Assembly (NCBI GenBank): GCA_963769025.1
Contig: CAVYKI010000009.1
Location: 384,001-448,000, forward strand
DNA: 64,000 bases
Direction: 5' to 3'
From: an uncultured Verrucomicrobiae bacterium
Lineage (GTDB): Bacteria; Verrucomicrobiota; Verrucomicrobiia; Chthoniobacterales; Chthoniobacteraceae
The notes under the pieces are model-generated. The model was not told the origin of the DNA. It ran no database searches and saw only the letters and a list, made by a program, of their open reading frames with translations. Positions 24,972 through 34,451 of the stretch are shown here, piece by piece. Numbering within the stretch: position 1 is the first letter of the stretch; each line of letters begins with the position of its first letter. The translations under genes were made by a program, and so were the position numbers.

Positions 24972-24990
24972 GATTGGTTGCGCCCGTTGC

Positions 24991-25443
24991 TTACGAGACC
25001 TTGACCTCGACGGTCTTGGGCTTGGCTTCCTCAGCCTTCGGGATTTCGACGGTGAGGATGCCGTCCTTGTAAACGGCATTGACCTTGTCGGCACGGACGG
25101 CGGACGGGAGGCTGACGCTGCGGCTGAATTTGCCGTAGTAGCGCTCGCGGCGATGGACCGTCCCTTCCTTCACGGTGTTCTCGCTCTTGCGCTCGCCGGA
25201 GACCGTGAGGACGCCCTCGTGGACGGAGACGTTCATGTCTTCTTTCTTCATCCCGGGGATTTCCAAGGCGACGACATACTTGTCCTTGTCTTCCTGGGCG
25301 TCGAGGGCCGGGGTCCAGTCGGCGAATGACTCCGCCGCCCGGGCGGGAAAGGCGAGGTCAAACAGGCGACCGAAGTGGTCGCGGACGTTGCCGAGGGAAC
25401 TGATGGTGTTGAGTTCGGGGTTGATATAGCGGATGAGGCTCAT
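24991..25443 (-). CDS. Hsp20/alpha-crystallin small heat-shock protein
   Basis: EIPGMKKED, LTVSGER, RRERYYGKFSRSVSLP, YKDGILTVEIPK. Confidence 0.95.
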   Translation of the reverse strand: MSLIRYINPELNTISSLGNVRDHFGRLFDLAFPARAAESFADWTPALDAQEDKDKYVVALEIPGMKKEDMNVSVHEGVLTVSGERKSENTVKEGTVHRRERYYGKFSRSVSLPSAVRADKVNAVYKDGILTVEIPKAEEAKPKTVEVKVS

Positions 25444-25488
25444 AGTTGTTGGATTATGGTTTGATGGCTGACTTGCGCAGGGTGTATC

Positions 25489-25504
25489 AGCGAGCGGAAT
25501 GCCA
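25489..25504 (-). promoter_or_regulatory. Putative sigma54 (-24/-12) promoter of hsp20
   Basis: Minus strand TGGCATTCCGCTCGCT (TGGCA, GG-N10-GC spacing), 45 nt before the ATG. AT-rich tract and an 8-bp inverted repeat (25594-25612) further upstream. Confidence 0.55.
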
Positions 25505-25652
25505 TCGCGCTATAGGTTGGTTAGGAAAAGCTAGCAAAGCGTGTAGGGAGAATTAGAAACGAAAGAAAAACCGCCGAAGTCGTGAACTGTCTAAAGGGCC
25601 ACTATGGCCCTTGTCTGCATCCGTGCCGCAGCGTCTTGAGCGACAATATGGC

Positions 25653-26636
25653 CTACTGCTTTAGCAGGTCCTGCATTTCCTTCATCCGGCCCACGTAGAA
25701 TCCCACGATCTGCCATGCGATGTAGCCGAGAATGGCGATGTAGAGAAGGCGTGGGACCCATTCAGCGATGGCGTCGAGCCGCCGCATGGCCGCGACCCGA
25801 TAGGTCTCGCCGATGCGACTCAGTTCGCGATCCAGTTCGCCAGTCGCTTCGCCGACTTGGAAGGCGCGGATGAATGGCTCTGGAAAGGCACCGGTCTCGG
25901 CGAGGGCGGTGCCGACCTGCCCCCCGGAACGGACCGCAGGCAGCGCGCGCGCGACGGAGGCACGCAGGATGGCGCTCGCGCTTGCAGTGGAGGCGACATC
26001 GAGGCTGCCGAGGACGTTCACGCCGGCCTCGAGTTGCAGATGATACGCGGTGCTGAATCGGCTGATCGCGAATGCGCGGCGAAGCTTTCCGAAAACCGGG
26101 AGCGCCCGGAGGAGGCGGTCGAGGACGACATTCCGTTCCGCTGCCGCGTGGAGACCGCGGATCAGAGCGGCTGTGCCAAAAATGGTCAGCCACAGCCCGC
26201 CAACGGAAATCCAGAGCACGCGGAGGAACGAATCAACGCCGCCATCCGGCGCGAAGATGACCGGAAGGGCGAGGGTGACGAACGCGATGTGCAGGACGAA
26301 AAGCGGATACGCCATCTGCTTCCACATCCGGCCCCTGGCCTCGGCGATTGCGGCGTAATATTCGGACACATGTGCGAGGCTGATTTCCAGGCGGCCCGAA
26401 CGGTCTCCCGCGGCGAAGACGCCCGCATCCAGCGGCGCGATGAGCGGCGCGCCAGCCGCGAGCGCTTCGCTGACGGTGGCGCCTCGATTGAGGGCGGCTT
26501 TGATCGCAGTGAGCCCGGTGCGGCCGGGGCCGCGTGTGAAGCTGGCGAGTTTTTCGATGGCCTTCGGGAAGGGCGTGCCGCTGCGCACGAGTTGGCCGAG
26601 TTCGTGGTAGAGGGAGGCCTTTTCGCTCGGGTGCAT
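25653..26636 (-). CDS. Type II secretion F / PilC family inner-membrane protein
   Basis: Two T2SSF repeats (QLVRSG.P...AGDRSGRL; QLEAGV...VGEATGELD), YP motif, 3 TM helices. Confidence 0.88.
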   Translation of the reverse strand: MHPSEKASLYHELGQLVRSGTPFPKAIEKLASFTRGPGRTGLTAIKAALNRGATVSEALAAGAPLIAPLDAGVFAAGDRSGRLEISLAHVSEYYAAIAEARGRMWKQMAYPLFVLHIAFVTLALPVIFAPDGGVDSFLRVLWISVGGLWLTIFGTAALIRGLHAAAERNVVLDRLLRALPVFGKLRRAFAISRFSTAYHLQLEAGVNVLGSLDVASTASASAILRASVARALPAVRSGGQVGTALAETGAFPEPFIRAFQVGEATGELDRELSRIGETYRVAAMRRLDAIAEWVPRLLYIAILGYIAWQIVGFYVGRMKEMQDLLKQ

Positions 26637-26643
26637 CGGACGC

Positions 26644-26671
26644 ACGATGCCCGCGCACCGGCCCATGGCAA
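26644..26671 (-). promoter_or_regulatory. Putative sigma70 promoter (leaderless) of GspF/PilC gene
   Basis: Minus strand TTGCCA, 16 bp, CATCGT, 7 nt, ATG 26636. Confidence 0.5.
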
Positions 26672-26742
26672 GCGAGTTGGCGCGGTGCGGCAACTCTCAT
26701 GTTGCACGTGGGCGAAGTTTTGCGATGCTCCGCGTCCCTTGC

Positions 26743-29223
26743 ATGTGGGATACGAATAGACCGAAAAAGCGCTGGTTCCTCCGGTGGTGGTTCACCATAC
26801 CGGTCCTCACCATTTTGCTCGCAGCGGTGGTCGGGGCGGTCATTTTTTACAAGGTGAAGTGGGAATTCGAGGCACAGGCACGGGAGTTCGATTACACGCG
26901 CCTCGAGGCGATGGAGTCGGCGAGCGTGATTCTGGACCGGCACGGGAACCTGCTCGGCCGTATTTTTACGCAAAATCGGGATCAGGTGGCATTCGAACGC
27001 CTTGCGCCGACCCTCCTGGAGGCGGTGGTCGCGGCGGAGGATGCGCGCTTCTACGAGCACACGGGCGTGGATGTGCGCGGCGTGGTGCGGGCCGTGTATG
27101 AGAACTGGCGCGCGGGCAAGGACAAGCAGGGAGCGAGCACGCTCACGCAGCAGCTGGCGCGCAATACCTTCCCGGAGCAACTCCCGCCGACCGACCGGAC
27201 GAAGGCGCGCAAGCTGCGGGAGATGTTCGTCGCGCGGGAGATCGAGCGGCGTTGCAGCAAGCAGCAGATCCTCGAACTCTACCTGAACCGGGTGTATTTC
27301 GGGAATGGCTTCTTCGGCGCGCAGGCTGCGGCGAAAGGTTACTTTGGCAAAAATGCCTCGGAGCTGGAGTACAGCGAATCGGCGATGCTATGCGGGCTGC
27401 TGCGGAGTCCCGACCGGCTCTCGCCGTGGCGCAATTACACCGCGTGCATCGACGAGCGGAACCGTGTGCTGAACCGGCTTCTCGAACTGAACCGCATGAC
27501 CCGGGAGCAGTATGACAAGGCTTTCGCCGAGGAGCCGGAGCTGAAGAACAAGCGGCCGATTCACCAGGAAAACTACCCCGCGGACCTGGTGTACCAGCAG
27601 GTGCTGAAAATCGTGGGCCGCGACCGCGCGACGAGCGAAGGCCTTCGGATTTACACGACGCTCGATTCGGCGCTCCAAAAAAAGGCGGAGGAGTCCCTGC
27701 GTGCGGAACTCAACGCGGTGGAGCAGCGGCCCGACTATCCGCACCAGACGCTCGCGCAGTTCACGCGCATTTTCGAGGCTGCAAACAAGACGCCGACGGA
27801 TGCCCAAGGCCGGCGCCTCAATCCCGAGTATCTCCAGGGCGCGGCGCTGGTGCTGAACAACAAGACCGGCGGCATCCTCGCGATGGTCGGCGGGCGCGAT
27901 TTTCAGCAGAGCGAGCTGAACCGCATCCGCCAGGTGCAGTTGCCGCCCGGAACCGCGTTCAAGCCGGTCGTCTATGCCGCCGCTTTTGAAAAGGGCATGT
28001 TCCCCGGGACGGCCGTGGAGGACATGGTGATGGATAACACGAAGGTGATGATCGGCGGCACCACGGGCATCCTCGGCGAGTGGGGGCCGGAACGTGCGGA
28101 CAATCGCTTCGAGGGCACCATCTCCGCGCGCACCGCGCTCGTGAAATCGAAGAACGCCGCCACGGTGCGGCTCGGAATGGCCACCGGCTTGAAGGAGGTG
28201 CTCGATCTCGCCGACGATGCCGGCATTTCCAGCGAACTCGCCGCGTATCCGCGCACCTACCTCGGCGGCAGCGAGGTCGTGCCGATGGACCTCGTCCTCG
28301 CGTACACCATGTTCGCGAACGGCGGCGTGCGTCCGGCGAACACATACATCATCCGGCGCATCGAGGACAAACTGGGCAACGTCATCTTCGAGGAAAAGCC
28401 CGAGACCGTGCGCGTGATCAAGGAGACCACCGCCTTTGAGGTCCATTCATGCCTCGAGCAGGTGCTCGAGCCCGAGGGCACCGCCGAACGAGCGTCCACC
28501 GAACTCGGCCTCAGGCGCTACCCGGTCGCCGGAAAAACGGGCACGGCCTACAACTTCACCGACGCGTGGTTCATCGGCTACAGCAGCGAGATCACCTGCG
28601 GCGTGTGGATCGGCATCGACCAGCAGCGGGGCAAGCCGCGCGCGAGCATCTACCGCGGCGCTTTTGGAAAGGACATCGCGCTGCCCGTGTGGGCGGACAT
28701 CATGAAGGCGTCCTTCGAAACGTACAAGCCCGTGGAATTCGTGCAGCCGAAGGGCATCATCCGCGTTGAGATTTGCCGTTCGAGCGGCGAACTCGCCACC
28801 GACAAGTGTTTCGAAAACGGCGTGCGCACCACCTACCAGGAAATCTGTACGGAAGAGCAGGCGCCGAAGAATCCCTGTTCGACCCACAGCAGCGGCATGG
28901 CTGCGCCACTCGCGGGAAAAGCGGCGCCCGACGGCGTGCTGAAGGCGCGCATCCTCGAGCCGCAGACGCTCAAGAGCATCGCGCTCAAGGAGCCGACGGT
29001 GCTCGGCAACGACCCCTACGGCTCGAACCTCGCGCAGGAGCGTCAGGCGCAGCTCGCCGCCGTCGGCAACGGGCAGGCACCGCTGATCACCGTGGGAGTC
29101 GCCCCGAACGGCAGCGACCCGATCCCCGCGCGCGATGTCCCGCCGCCGCGCCCGATCGTCGTCCCGCCTCCGCCAAACTCCGAGGTGAAGCTGACCCAGC
29201 CCGAGCCGCTGAAGTTCGACTAG
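26743..29223 (+). CDS. Class A penicillin-binding protein (PBP1A family)
   Basis: GT51 motifs EDARFYEH.GVD, GASTLTQQLARN, RKLRE, ILELYLNRVYFG. TP motifs TAFK (normally SxxK), SKN, KTGT. Confidence 0.92.
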   Translation: MWDTNRPKKRWFLRWWFTIPVLTILLAAVVGAVIFYKVKWEFEAQAREFDYTRLEAMESASVILDRHGNLLGRIFTQNRDQVAFERLAPTLLEAVVAAEDARFYEHTGVDVRGVVRAVYENWRAGKDKQGASTLTQQLARNTFPEQLPPTDRTKARKLREMFVAREIERRCSKQQILELYLNRVYFGNGFFGAQAAAKGYFGKNASELEYSESAMLCGLLRSPDRLSPWRNYTACIDERNRVLNRLLELNRMTREQYDKAFAEEPELKNKRPIHQENYPADLVYQQVLKIVGRDRATSEGLRIYTTLDSALQKKAEESLRAELNAVEQRPDYPHQTLAQFTRIFEAANKTPTDAQGRRLNPEYLQGAALVLNNKTGGILAMVGGRDFQQSELNRIRQVQLPPGTAFKPVVYAAAFEKGMFPGTAVEDMVMDNTKVMIGGTTGILGEWGPERADNRFEGTISARTALVKSKNAATVRLGMATGLKEVLDLADDAGISSELAAYPRTYLGGSEVVPMDLVLAYTMFANGGVRPANTYIIRRIEDKLGNVIFEEKPETVRVIKETTAFEVHSCLEQVLEPEGTAERASTELGLRRYPVAGKTGTAYNFTDAWFIGYSSEITCGVWIGIDQQRGKPRASIYRGAFGKDIALPVWADIMKASFETYKPVEFVQPKGIIRVEICRSSGELATDKCFENGVRTTYQEICTEEQAPKNPCSTHSSGMAAPLAGKAAPDGVLKARILEPQTLKSIALKEPTVLGNDPYGSNLAQERQAQLAAVGNGQAPLITVGVAPNGSDPIPARDVPPPRPIVVPPPPNSEVKLTQPEPLKFD

Positions 29224-29277
29224 CCTCCGCCCTTCCCTCGCGCCTTTCACCAGTCCGGCGCGCATCCCACTTTCCTC

Positions 29278-31671
29278 ATGAACATCCGACACATCGCCAT
29301 CCTCGCCACGACCCTCACGCTGCCCGCCCTTTCCCTCGCCCAAGGCGAGCCGGCGGCGGTGAAAAATGCAACGCCGGGCAAAAAGCCCGCGATCAAAATC
29401 AAATGGGACGACATGGACCTCGGGCCGTTCTTCACCGGCTGCTACAAGGTCGGTGACAGCACTTCGTTCAAGGGCATCGCCGTCGCCGTCGGCACGAAGG
29501 ACGCGCCCGCGACGATTCTCTTCGACCGCGAGCTCATGCGCTTCCACGCCGCGTGGGAGGGCGGCCTCGCGAATTTCCCGCGCGCTCGCGGCGGCCTCGA
29601 AGGCCAGATCGGCGCGGCTGGCGACGTGAGCCTTTCCGCCGGCTGGGCGACGGGGTGGGGGACGCAAATCGCCGACGACCCGCGCACGGATCACCAGGGC
29701 TCCGTCGCGGGCCTGAAGTGGCGCGGCGTGTACACCAGCGGCCCGCACACGGTGCTCAGCTACTCCGTCGGCAAGCAGTCCGTCCTCGAGCTCCCCGGCA
29801 GCGAGATGCGCGAGGGCATCCGCGTCTTCACGCGCACCTTCACCGTCGCGGCAGGCGCCGACGCCAGGCAACTGTTCCTGCTCGATTCGCAAGGCACGGC
29901 GAAGCCCGGTCCGCACGGCGAAGTCCTCATCGAGAAGGATGGCGAACTCACCGGCGTGGCCGTGCACGGCGGGCTGCAAGGCGGGAGGCTCGCCGTGGAG
30001 AACGGGCGCACCGTTTTCAATCTCCCGGCGCTGAGTGCGCCCGCGACCTTCCAAATCGCCTTTGCCGTTGCTCCGCCCGCCGACATGGCAAAGCTCGGCC
30101 GTGCGCTGACACGGAAGGGCGAACTCGCTGAGGTCTCCAATTTCACCAAGCCCGGCCCCGCCCGATGGGGTGCGCCGCTCGAAGTCCCCGGCAAACCCGG
30201 CGACAGCGCGCAGGCCTATGTCGTGGACGACATCCCGCTGCCCGACGAAAACCCCTTCAAAAGCTGGATGCGCCCCGGCGGCCACGACTTCCTGCCCGAC
30301 GGCACCGCGGTCATCGTGAACCTCAGCGGCGACGTGTGGATCGTCTCCGGGCTCGATGAGAAGCTCGAGCACGTGAAGTGGAAGCGTTTTGCCACCGGCC
30401 TCTTCCAGCCGCTCGGCTGCCGCGTGGTGGATGGGAAAATCTACGTCCTCGGCCGCGACCAGATCACGCGGCTGCACGATCTCAATGGGGACGGCGAGGC
30501 GGACTGGTACGAGAACTTCAACAGCGACTGCATCGTCACGGAGAACTACCACGAGTTCGCGCTCGATCTGGAGACCGACAGCAAGGGCAACTTTTACTAC
30601 GCCAAAGGCTCCCCGTGGACGCCGACGAACAAAAGCCCGCACCAGGGCACGATGATCAAGGTCAGCAAGGACGGCGCAAAGCTCGAAGTCATCGCCGACG
30701 GTCTCCGCGCTCCGAACGGCCTCGGCATGGGCCCCGGCGACGTCCTCACCGTCAGCGACAACCAGGGCCACTGGATGCCCACGAACCGCGTGAACATCGT
30801 CAAGCCCGGCGGCTTCTACGGCATGACGCCGGCCGCGCATCGCGAGCTGCTCTTCAAGCGCGCCGACGGCACCACCTTCACCGCGAATCCCTCGCTGCAA
30901 TCCGCGCGCGACGAATTCAAGACCGAGTTCTGGGGCAAGAGCGACACGCCCGTTCCAGCGAACGGCGCCGACCTTCCGCTCTTCTGGCTGCCCATGGACA
31001 TCGACAATTCCTCCGGCGGCGAAGTCTGGGCGCCGCCCGGCGCAAAATGGGGCCCGTGGGGCGGCCGCATGCTCCAGACCAGCTACGGAAAGTGCAGCCT
31101 CTTCGGCGTGACGATGGAGACCGTGGACGGCGTCGAGCAGGGCGGCCTCGTGCGCTTTCCGCTCACGTTCAAGAGCGGCATCATGCGCGAGCGCTTCAGC
31201 CCGCTCGACGGCCAGCTCTACGTCACCGGCCTCAACGTCTGGCAGAGCAGCGCCGCAAAGGACGGCTGCTTCCAGCGCGTCCGCTACACTGGCAAGCCCG
31301 TCACCATGCCCATCGGCTTCGCGACGAAGCCAAACGGCGCCGAGATCACCTTCACCGCCCCGCTCGATCCCGCCAGCGCCGGCGACGCCGGCAACTGGAG
31401 CGCCGAGCAATGGAACTACGCATGGACCGGTGCCTACGGCTCGCCCGAATTCTCCGTCCGCGACCCGAAAAAGCGCGGCAAAGACCGCATCGAAGTCACC
31501 AAGGCCACCGTCAGCGCCGACAAAAGGAGCGTCCTCCTCGAACTCAGCGACCGCGCCCCCGCGATGACGCTGCGCATCAAGTGCAACGTAAAGGCCGCCG
31601 ACGGCACCGACGTAAAATCCCAGCTCGACGAAACCATCCACCGCATCCCTGGCCACAAGGTGGCGCAATAG
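29278..31671 (+). CDS. Secreted DUF6797-type protein with PVC 'membrane-bound dehydrogenase'-like beta-propeller
   Basis: Signal peptide; WKRFATGLFQPLG, DQITRLHDLNGDGEADWYE, GLRAPNGLG, DNQGHW, DNSSGG, FSPLDGQLYV. Confidence 0.78.
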   Translation: MNIRHIAILATTLTLPALSLAQGEPAAVKNATPGKKPAIKIKWDDMDLGPFFTGCYKVGDSTSFKGIAVAVGTKDAPATILFDRELMRFHAAWEGGLANFPRARGGLEGQIGAAGDVSLSAGWATGWGTQIADDPRTDHQGSVAGLKWRGVYTSGPHTVLSYSVGKQSVLELPGSEMREGIRVFTRTFTVAAGADARQLFLLDSQGTAKPGPHGEVLIEKDGELTGVAVHGGLQGGRLAVENGRTVFNLPALSAPATFQIAFAVAPPADMAKLGRALTRKGELAEVSNFTKPGPARWGAPLEVPGKPGDSAQAYVVDDIPLPDENPFKSWMRPGGHDFLPDGTAVIVNLSGDVWIVSGLDEKLEHVKWKRFATGLFQPLGCRVVDGKIYVLGRDQITRLHDLNGDGEADWYENFNSDCIVTENYHEFALDLETDSKGNFYYAKGSPWTPTNKSPHQGTMIKVSKDGAKLEVIADGLRAPNGLGMGPGDVLTVSDNQGHWMPTNRVNIVKPGGFYGMTPAAHRELLFKRADGTTFTANPSLQSARDEFKTEFWGKSDTPVPANGADLPLFWLPMDIDNSSGGEVWAPPGAKWGPWGGRMLQTSYGKCSLFGVTMETVDGVEQGGLVRFPLTFKSGIMRERFSPLDGQLYVTGLNVWQSSAAKDGCFQRVRYTGKPVTMPIGFATKPNGAEITFTAPLDPASAGDAGNWSAEQWNYAWTGAYGSPEFSVRDPKKRGKDRIEVTKATVSADKRSVLLELSDRAPAMTLRIKCNVKAADGTDVKSQLDETIHRIPGHKVAQ

Positions 31672-31769
31672 GAACGGCGCCTTCCCGGCCGCCGTCTTTC
31701 GCCATCAGGAAGCGCCAGCAGTGTCCGTAGCTGTTTGCTGCGGCGCCTGGATGGCATGGAAGTGGGCTG

Positions 31770-31970
31770 GTGGGCTGGTTGGTTCACCGACGAAATGAAA
31801 GGCGATGGGGGGCGGAATGCCACGCCGTCGCGCCGTGCCGGCTGGACGAGCGCCGCGAGCGGGTGAAGACCGACGGGCGCGACGCCACCGCGCTCTGCCA
31901 GCGCCTCTCGCGTTTCGTCGATGGCAACCGGCGGGATCTGGCCATCGTGCGCGTGCCCAGCGAGGAGATG
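31770..31970 (+). pseudogene. IS110-family transposase fragment
   Basis: GAECHAVAPCRLDERRERVKTDGRDATALCQRL...IVRVPSEE matches the KTDxxDA motif of the IS110 DEDD domain; rest of the gene absent. Confidence 0.7.
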
Positions 31971-32005
31971 CGGGCGAGGGTGAACGAACTCATCGCCGGC
32001 CTTCG

Positions 32006-33291
32006 GGTTCATCCGGGGAGTGATGGCTTACAGGGGTTGGGAAGTGGTAGAAGGGAGGGATGAGCCAGAGCCTTTTGTATCATGCGTTTGGGGTCCGTGA
32101 AGGGTATGAATATGTGAAGACCGGGTACGTGGAGGGGCGGGTGGAGTTTCATCTGGCGGTGAAGGAGGAGGAGCTGGTCTGCCCGAAGTGTGGGGCCGGA
32201 CCGGCGATGCGGCGTGGCAAGCGTTGGCGGCGCATTCGCACGGTGCCCATTGGGCTCAAGGAAGTGGTGCTGGTGGCTGAGGTGCCGCGCTGCCAGTGCC
32301 GGGTGTGCGGGCATGGGTTCGAGGTGGCCCCCTTTTTGCCCCGGCCTACGCGCACTACACGCATGGGCTCGCGGAGTTCGCCTGCGAGCTGAGCCGTTTC
32401 ATGACGCTCTCGGAGGTGGCGGCGCTGGCGCATCTGGGGTGGGACACCGTCAAGGAGATCGTCAAGGCCGACCTGCGGCGGCGCTATGCGCGCATCCCGC
32501 TGCGGGAGGTCCGGCGGCTGGCCATTGATGAAATCCATCTGGGCAAGAAGGCGAAGTTCCTCACGCTGGTCATCGATCTGGACACCGGTCGCATCCTCTG
32601 GGTGGCCAAGGGGCGCGGCGGGGATGCACTGCGCAAGTTCTGGCGGCGGCTGCGGCTGGCCAGGGCACACATCGAGGCGGTGGCCTGCGACATGAGTGCC
32701 GCCTACTGGAGCGCCATCCTCGAACACCTGCCAGGGGCGGCCATCGTCTTCGACCACTTCCACATCATCAAACTGGCCAATGAAAAGATCGACGACCTGC
32801 GGCGCGCCCTCCAGCGCGAGGCCGAGGTGCTCGGCTACCAGACCCTCAAAGGCTCCCGCTACCTGCTGCTCACGGGCAGCGAGAAGCTCACCGAGGACAA
32901 ACGCGACAGACTCGCCGAGGCCCTGCGCTTCAACCAACCGCTCTCCACCGCCTACTATCTCAAGGAAGAACTGCGCCTGCTCTGGAGCCGCGGCACCCGG
33001 GACGCCATGCGCCGCTTCCTGGAGCGCTGGATCGCCCGCGCATTGGGCAGCGGCATCCGCCAGATGGAAGGCCTGGCCAGGACCCTGCGCGCCCACGCCG
33101 CCGGCATCCTCAACTACTTCGAGCACCCCATCTCCAGCGGCAAACTCGAAGGCATCAACAACAAGGTCGGAGCCATGACTCGCGCCGCATACGGCTATCG
33201 CGACATCGAGTTCCTTCATCTCAAACTCTACAGCCTCCATGAATCCTCCCTCAAACTCAGCGGCGTTTAGCCATCACTCCCCGGATGAACC
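32006..33291 (+). mobile_element. Complete ISL3-family insertion sequence (1286 bp)
   Basis: Perfect 23-bp TIRs GGTTCATCCGGGGAGTGATGGCT (32006-32028 / 33269-33291); 8-bp TSD GGCCTTCG (31998-32005 / 33292-33299). Confidence 0.95.
32060..33270 (+). CDS. ISL3 transposase in two overlapping frames joined by a -1 shift at C5T5 (32328-32337)
   Basis: Zinc finger CPKCG...CRVCG; DDE motifs LAIDEI, ACDMS, FDHFH, EGINNK. Confidence 0.9.
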
Positions 33292-33587
33292 GGCCTTCGG
33301 AGGTAGGGAGCAGCCATGCGCCTTCAAAATGCCTTTCCAGTGAGCCTGTCTCGGTTTTGCGAACGCCATGCAAGTAGGCGAGACATTGCTCGGAAAGGGT
33401 GATAGCACGCTCAGCAGCACCAGTGTGGGTGTGCATATAGGAGGGAGGGGTAGTAGGTTTCATATGGAGCGCAGGCGCACGCGTGACATTGCTCATTTTG
33501 GATGAACGTGCGGTTCTTGCCCCGCTGCAAAGCCCGGTTGACAGATGTCGCTCAATCGAACAAAAGGCGCATCATGAATCCGACCCC

Positions 33588-34451
33588 ATGAATTCCTTCT
33601 TGAAAATCGTGATGATTTCCCTCCCGGTAGCCATGTTGGCTATCGCAGGATATGGTCTGTTGCAACGCTGGGAGACGAACGATTGGGCCTCATATTTCCA
33701 AGGCGCGGCTGTAGCTGCTGCCGTTCAAATATATCTGGTTTCAAACGTTGACAGCAGCCGACGGGAAAATGAAATTGCGAACCGGGAACTCTATCAGCGG
33801 TTCGAATTTGCATCGATCGACATTTTCCGGTTCGAGGCCCAGCACGTTGAGCTTATCGGTCCGCTATGGGTGAAGGATGCAGAACTTCCGAAGGAGGGAA
33901 GCGCAGACCGTATTGCCTTCATGAATTACGTTTGCCAAATGATGAACCTTTTCGAGATGGGTGTTTATTTCAGAAAACGCGCGATTGTGCCTGCGGACAT
34001 CTTCGGGAGCTGGGTGGCTTGGTTTTTTTCGGTCTCGCAGGCCCCTGGATTCCCTGCAATTTGGAAAGCCATTGAGAATGATTATATCGGCGAGCTTTCG
34101 CAAATTATGAGGGCTGGTTTCATACTTAACGTATGGGAGACTGGCGCCAGTGCGATCGAGCGGCGGGGACTCTTCGAGGGTTTGCAGCAGTTGTCGCGAC
34201 AGAATCGTGCGCGAGCCAGGAAATGGTTTCGCTGGCGCGCAGGGCCGGGTCTCTTCCCGCGTCGCCTCGAAACGCCGGTGACAAGGGAAGAGTTGCCACA
34301 CAAATGGCATGAAATCCCTGATCTGTCGCTTCACCACGATGGTTCATTGAAAGCAAAAGTATTCTATCACTGCGTCGGTGAACTGTTTGATTGCAACACG
34401 GTGCGCAATTGGCTCCAGCGGGAGAGAAATGAGATATGGGCAGCGTCGTGA
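33588..34451 (+). CDS. Hypothetical membrane protein (N-terminal TMs + helical domain, possibly DUF4760-like), low GC
   Basis: Two N-terminal hydrophobic segments; ELYQRFEFASIDIFRFE, YVCQMMNLFEM, FGSWVAWF. Confidence 0.7.
   Translation: MNSFLKIVMISLPVAMLAIAGYGLLQRWETNDWASYFQGAAVAAAVQIYLVSNVDSSRRENEIANRELYQRFEFASIDIFRFEAQHVELIGPLWVKDAELPKEGSADRIAFMNYVCQMMNLFEMGVYFRKRAIVPADIFGSWVAWFFSVSQAPGFPAIWKAIENDYIGELSQIMRAGFILNVWETGASAIERRGLFEGLQQLSRQNRARARKWFRWRAGPGLFPRRLETPVTREELPHKWHEIPDLSLHHDGSLKAKVFYHCVGELFDCNTVRNWLQRERNEIWAAS

Noticed and set aside
23288..24990. Pup/UBact small ORF next to pafA
   Set aside because: The flanking gaps hold only the inverted-repeat element and a terminator; no ORF with a suitable C-terminus.
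28447..31668. 1073-aa minus-strand ORF and similar long antisense ORFs (417-1742, 19027-20841, 60997-62889)
   Set aside because: Shadow frames of GC-rich genes; no motifs, and they fully overlap well-supported genes on the other strand.
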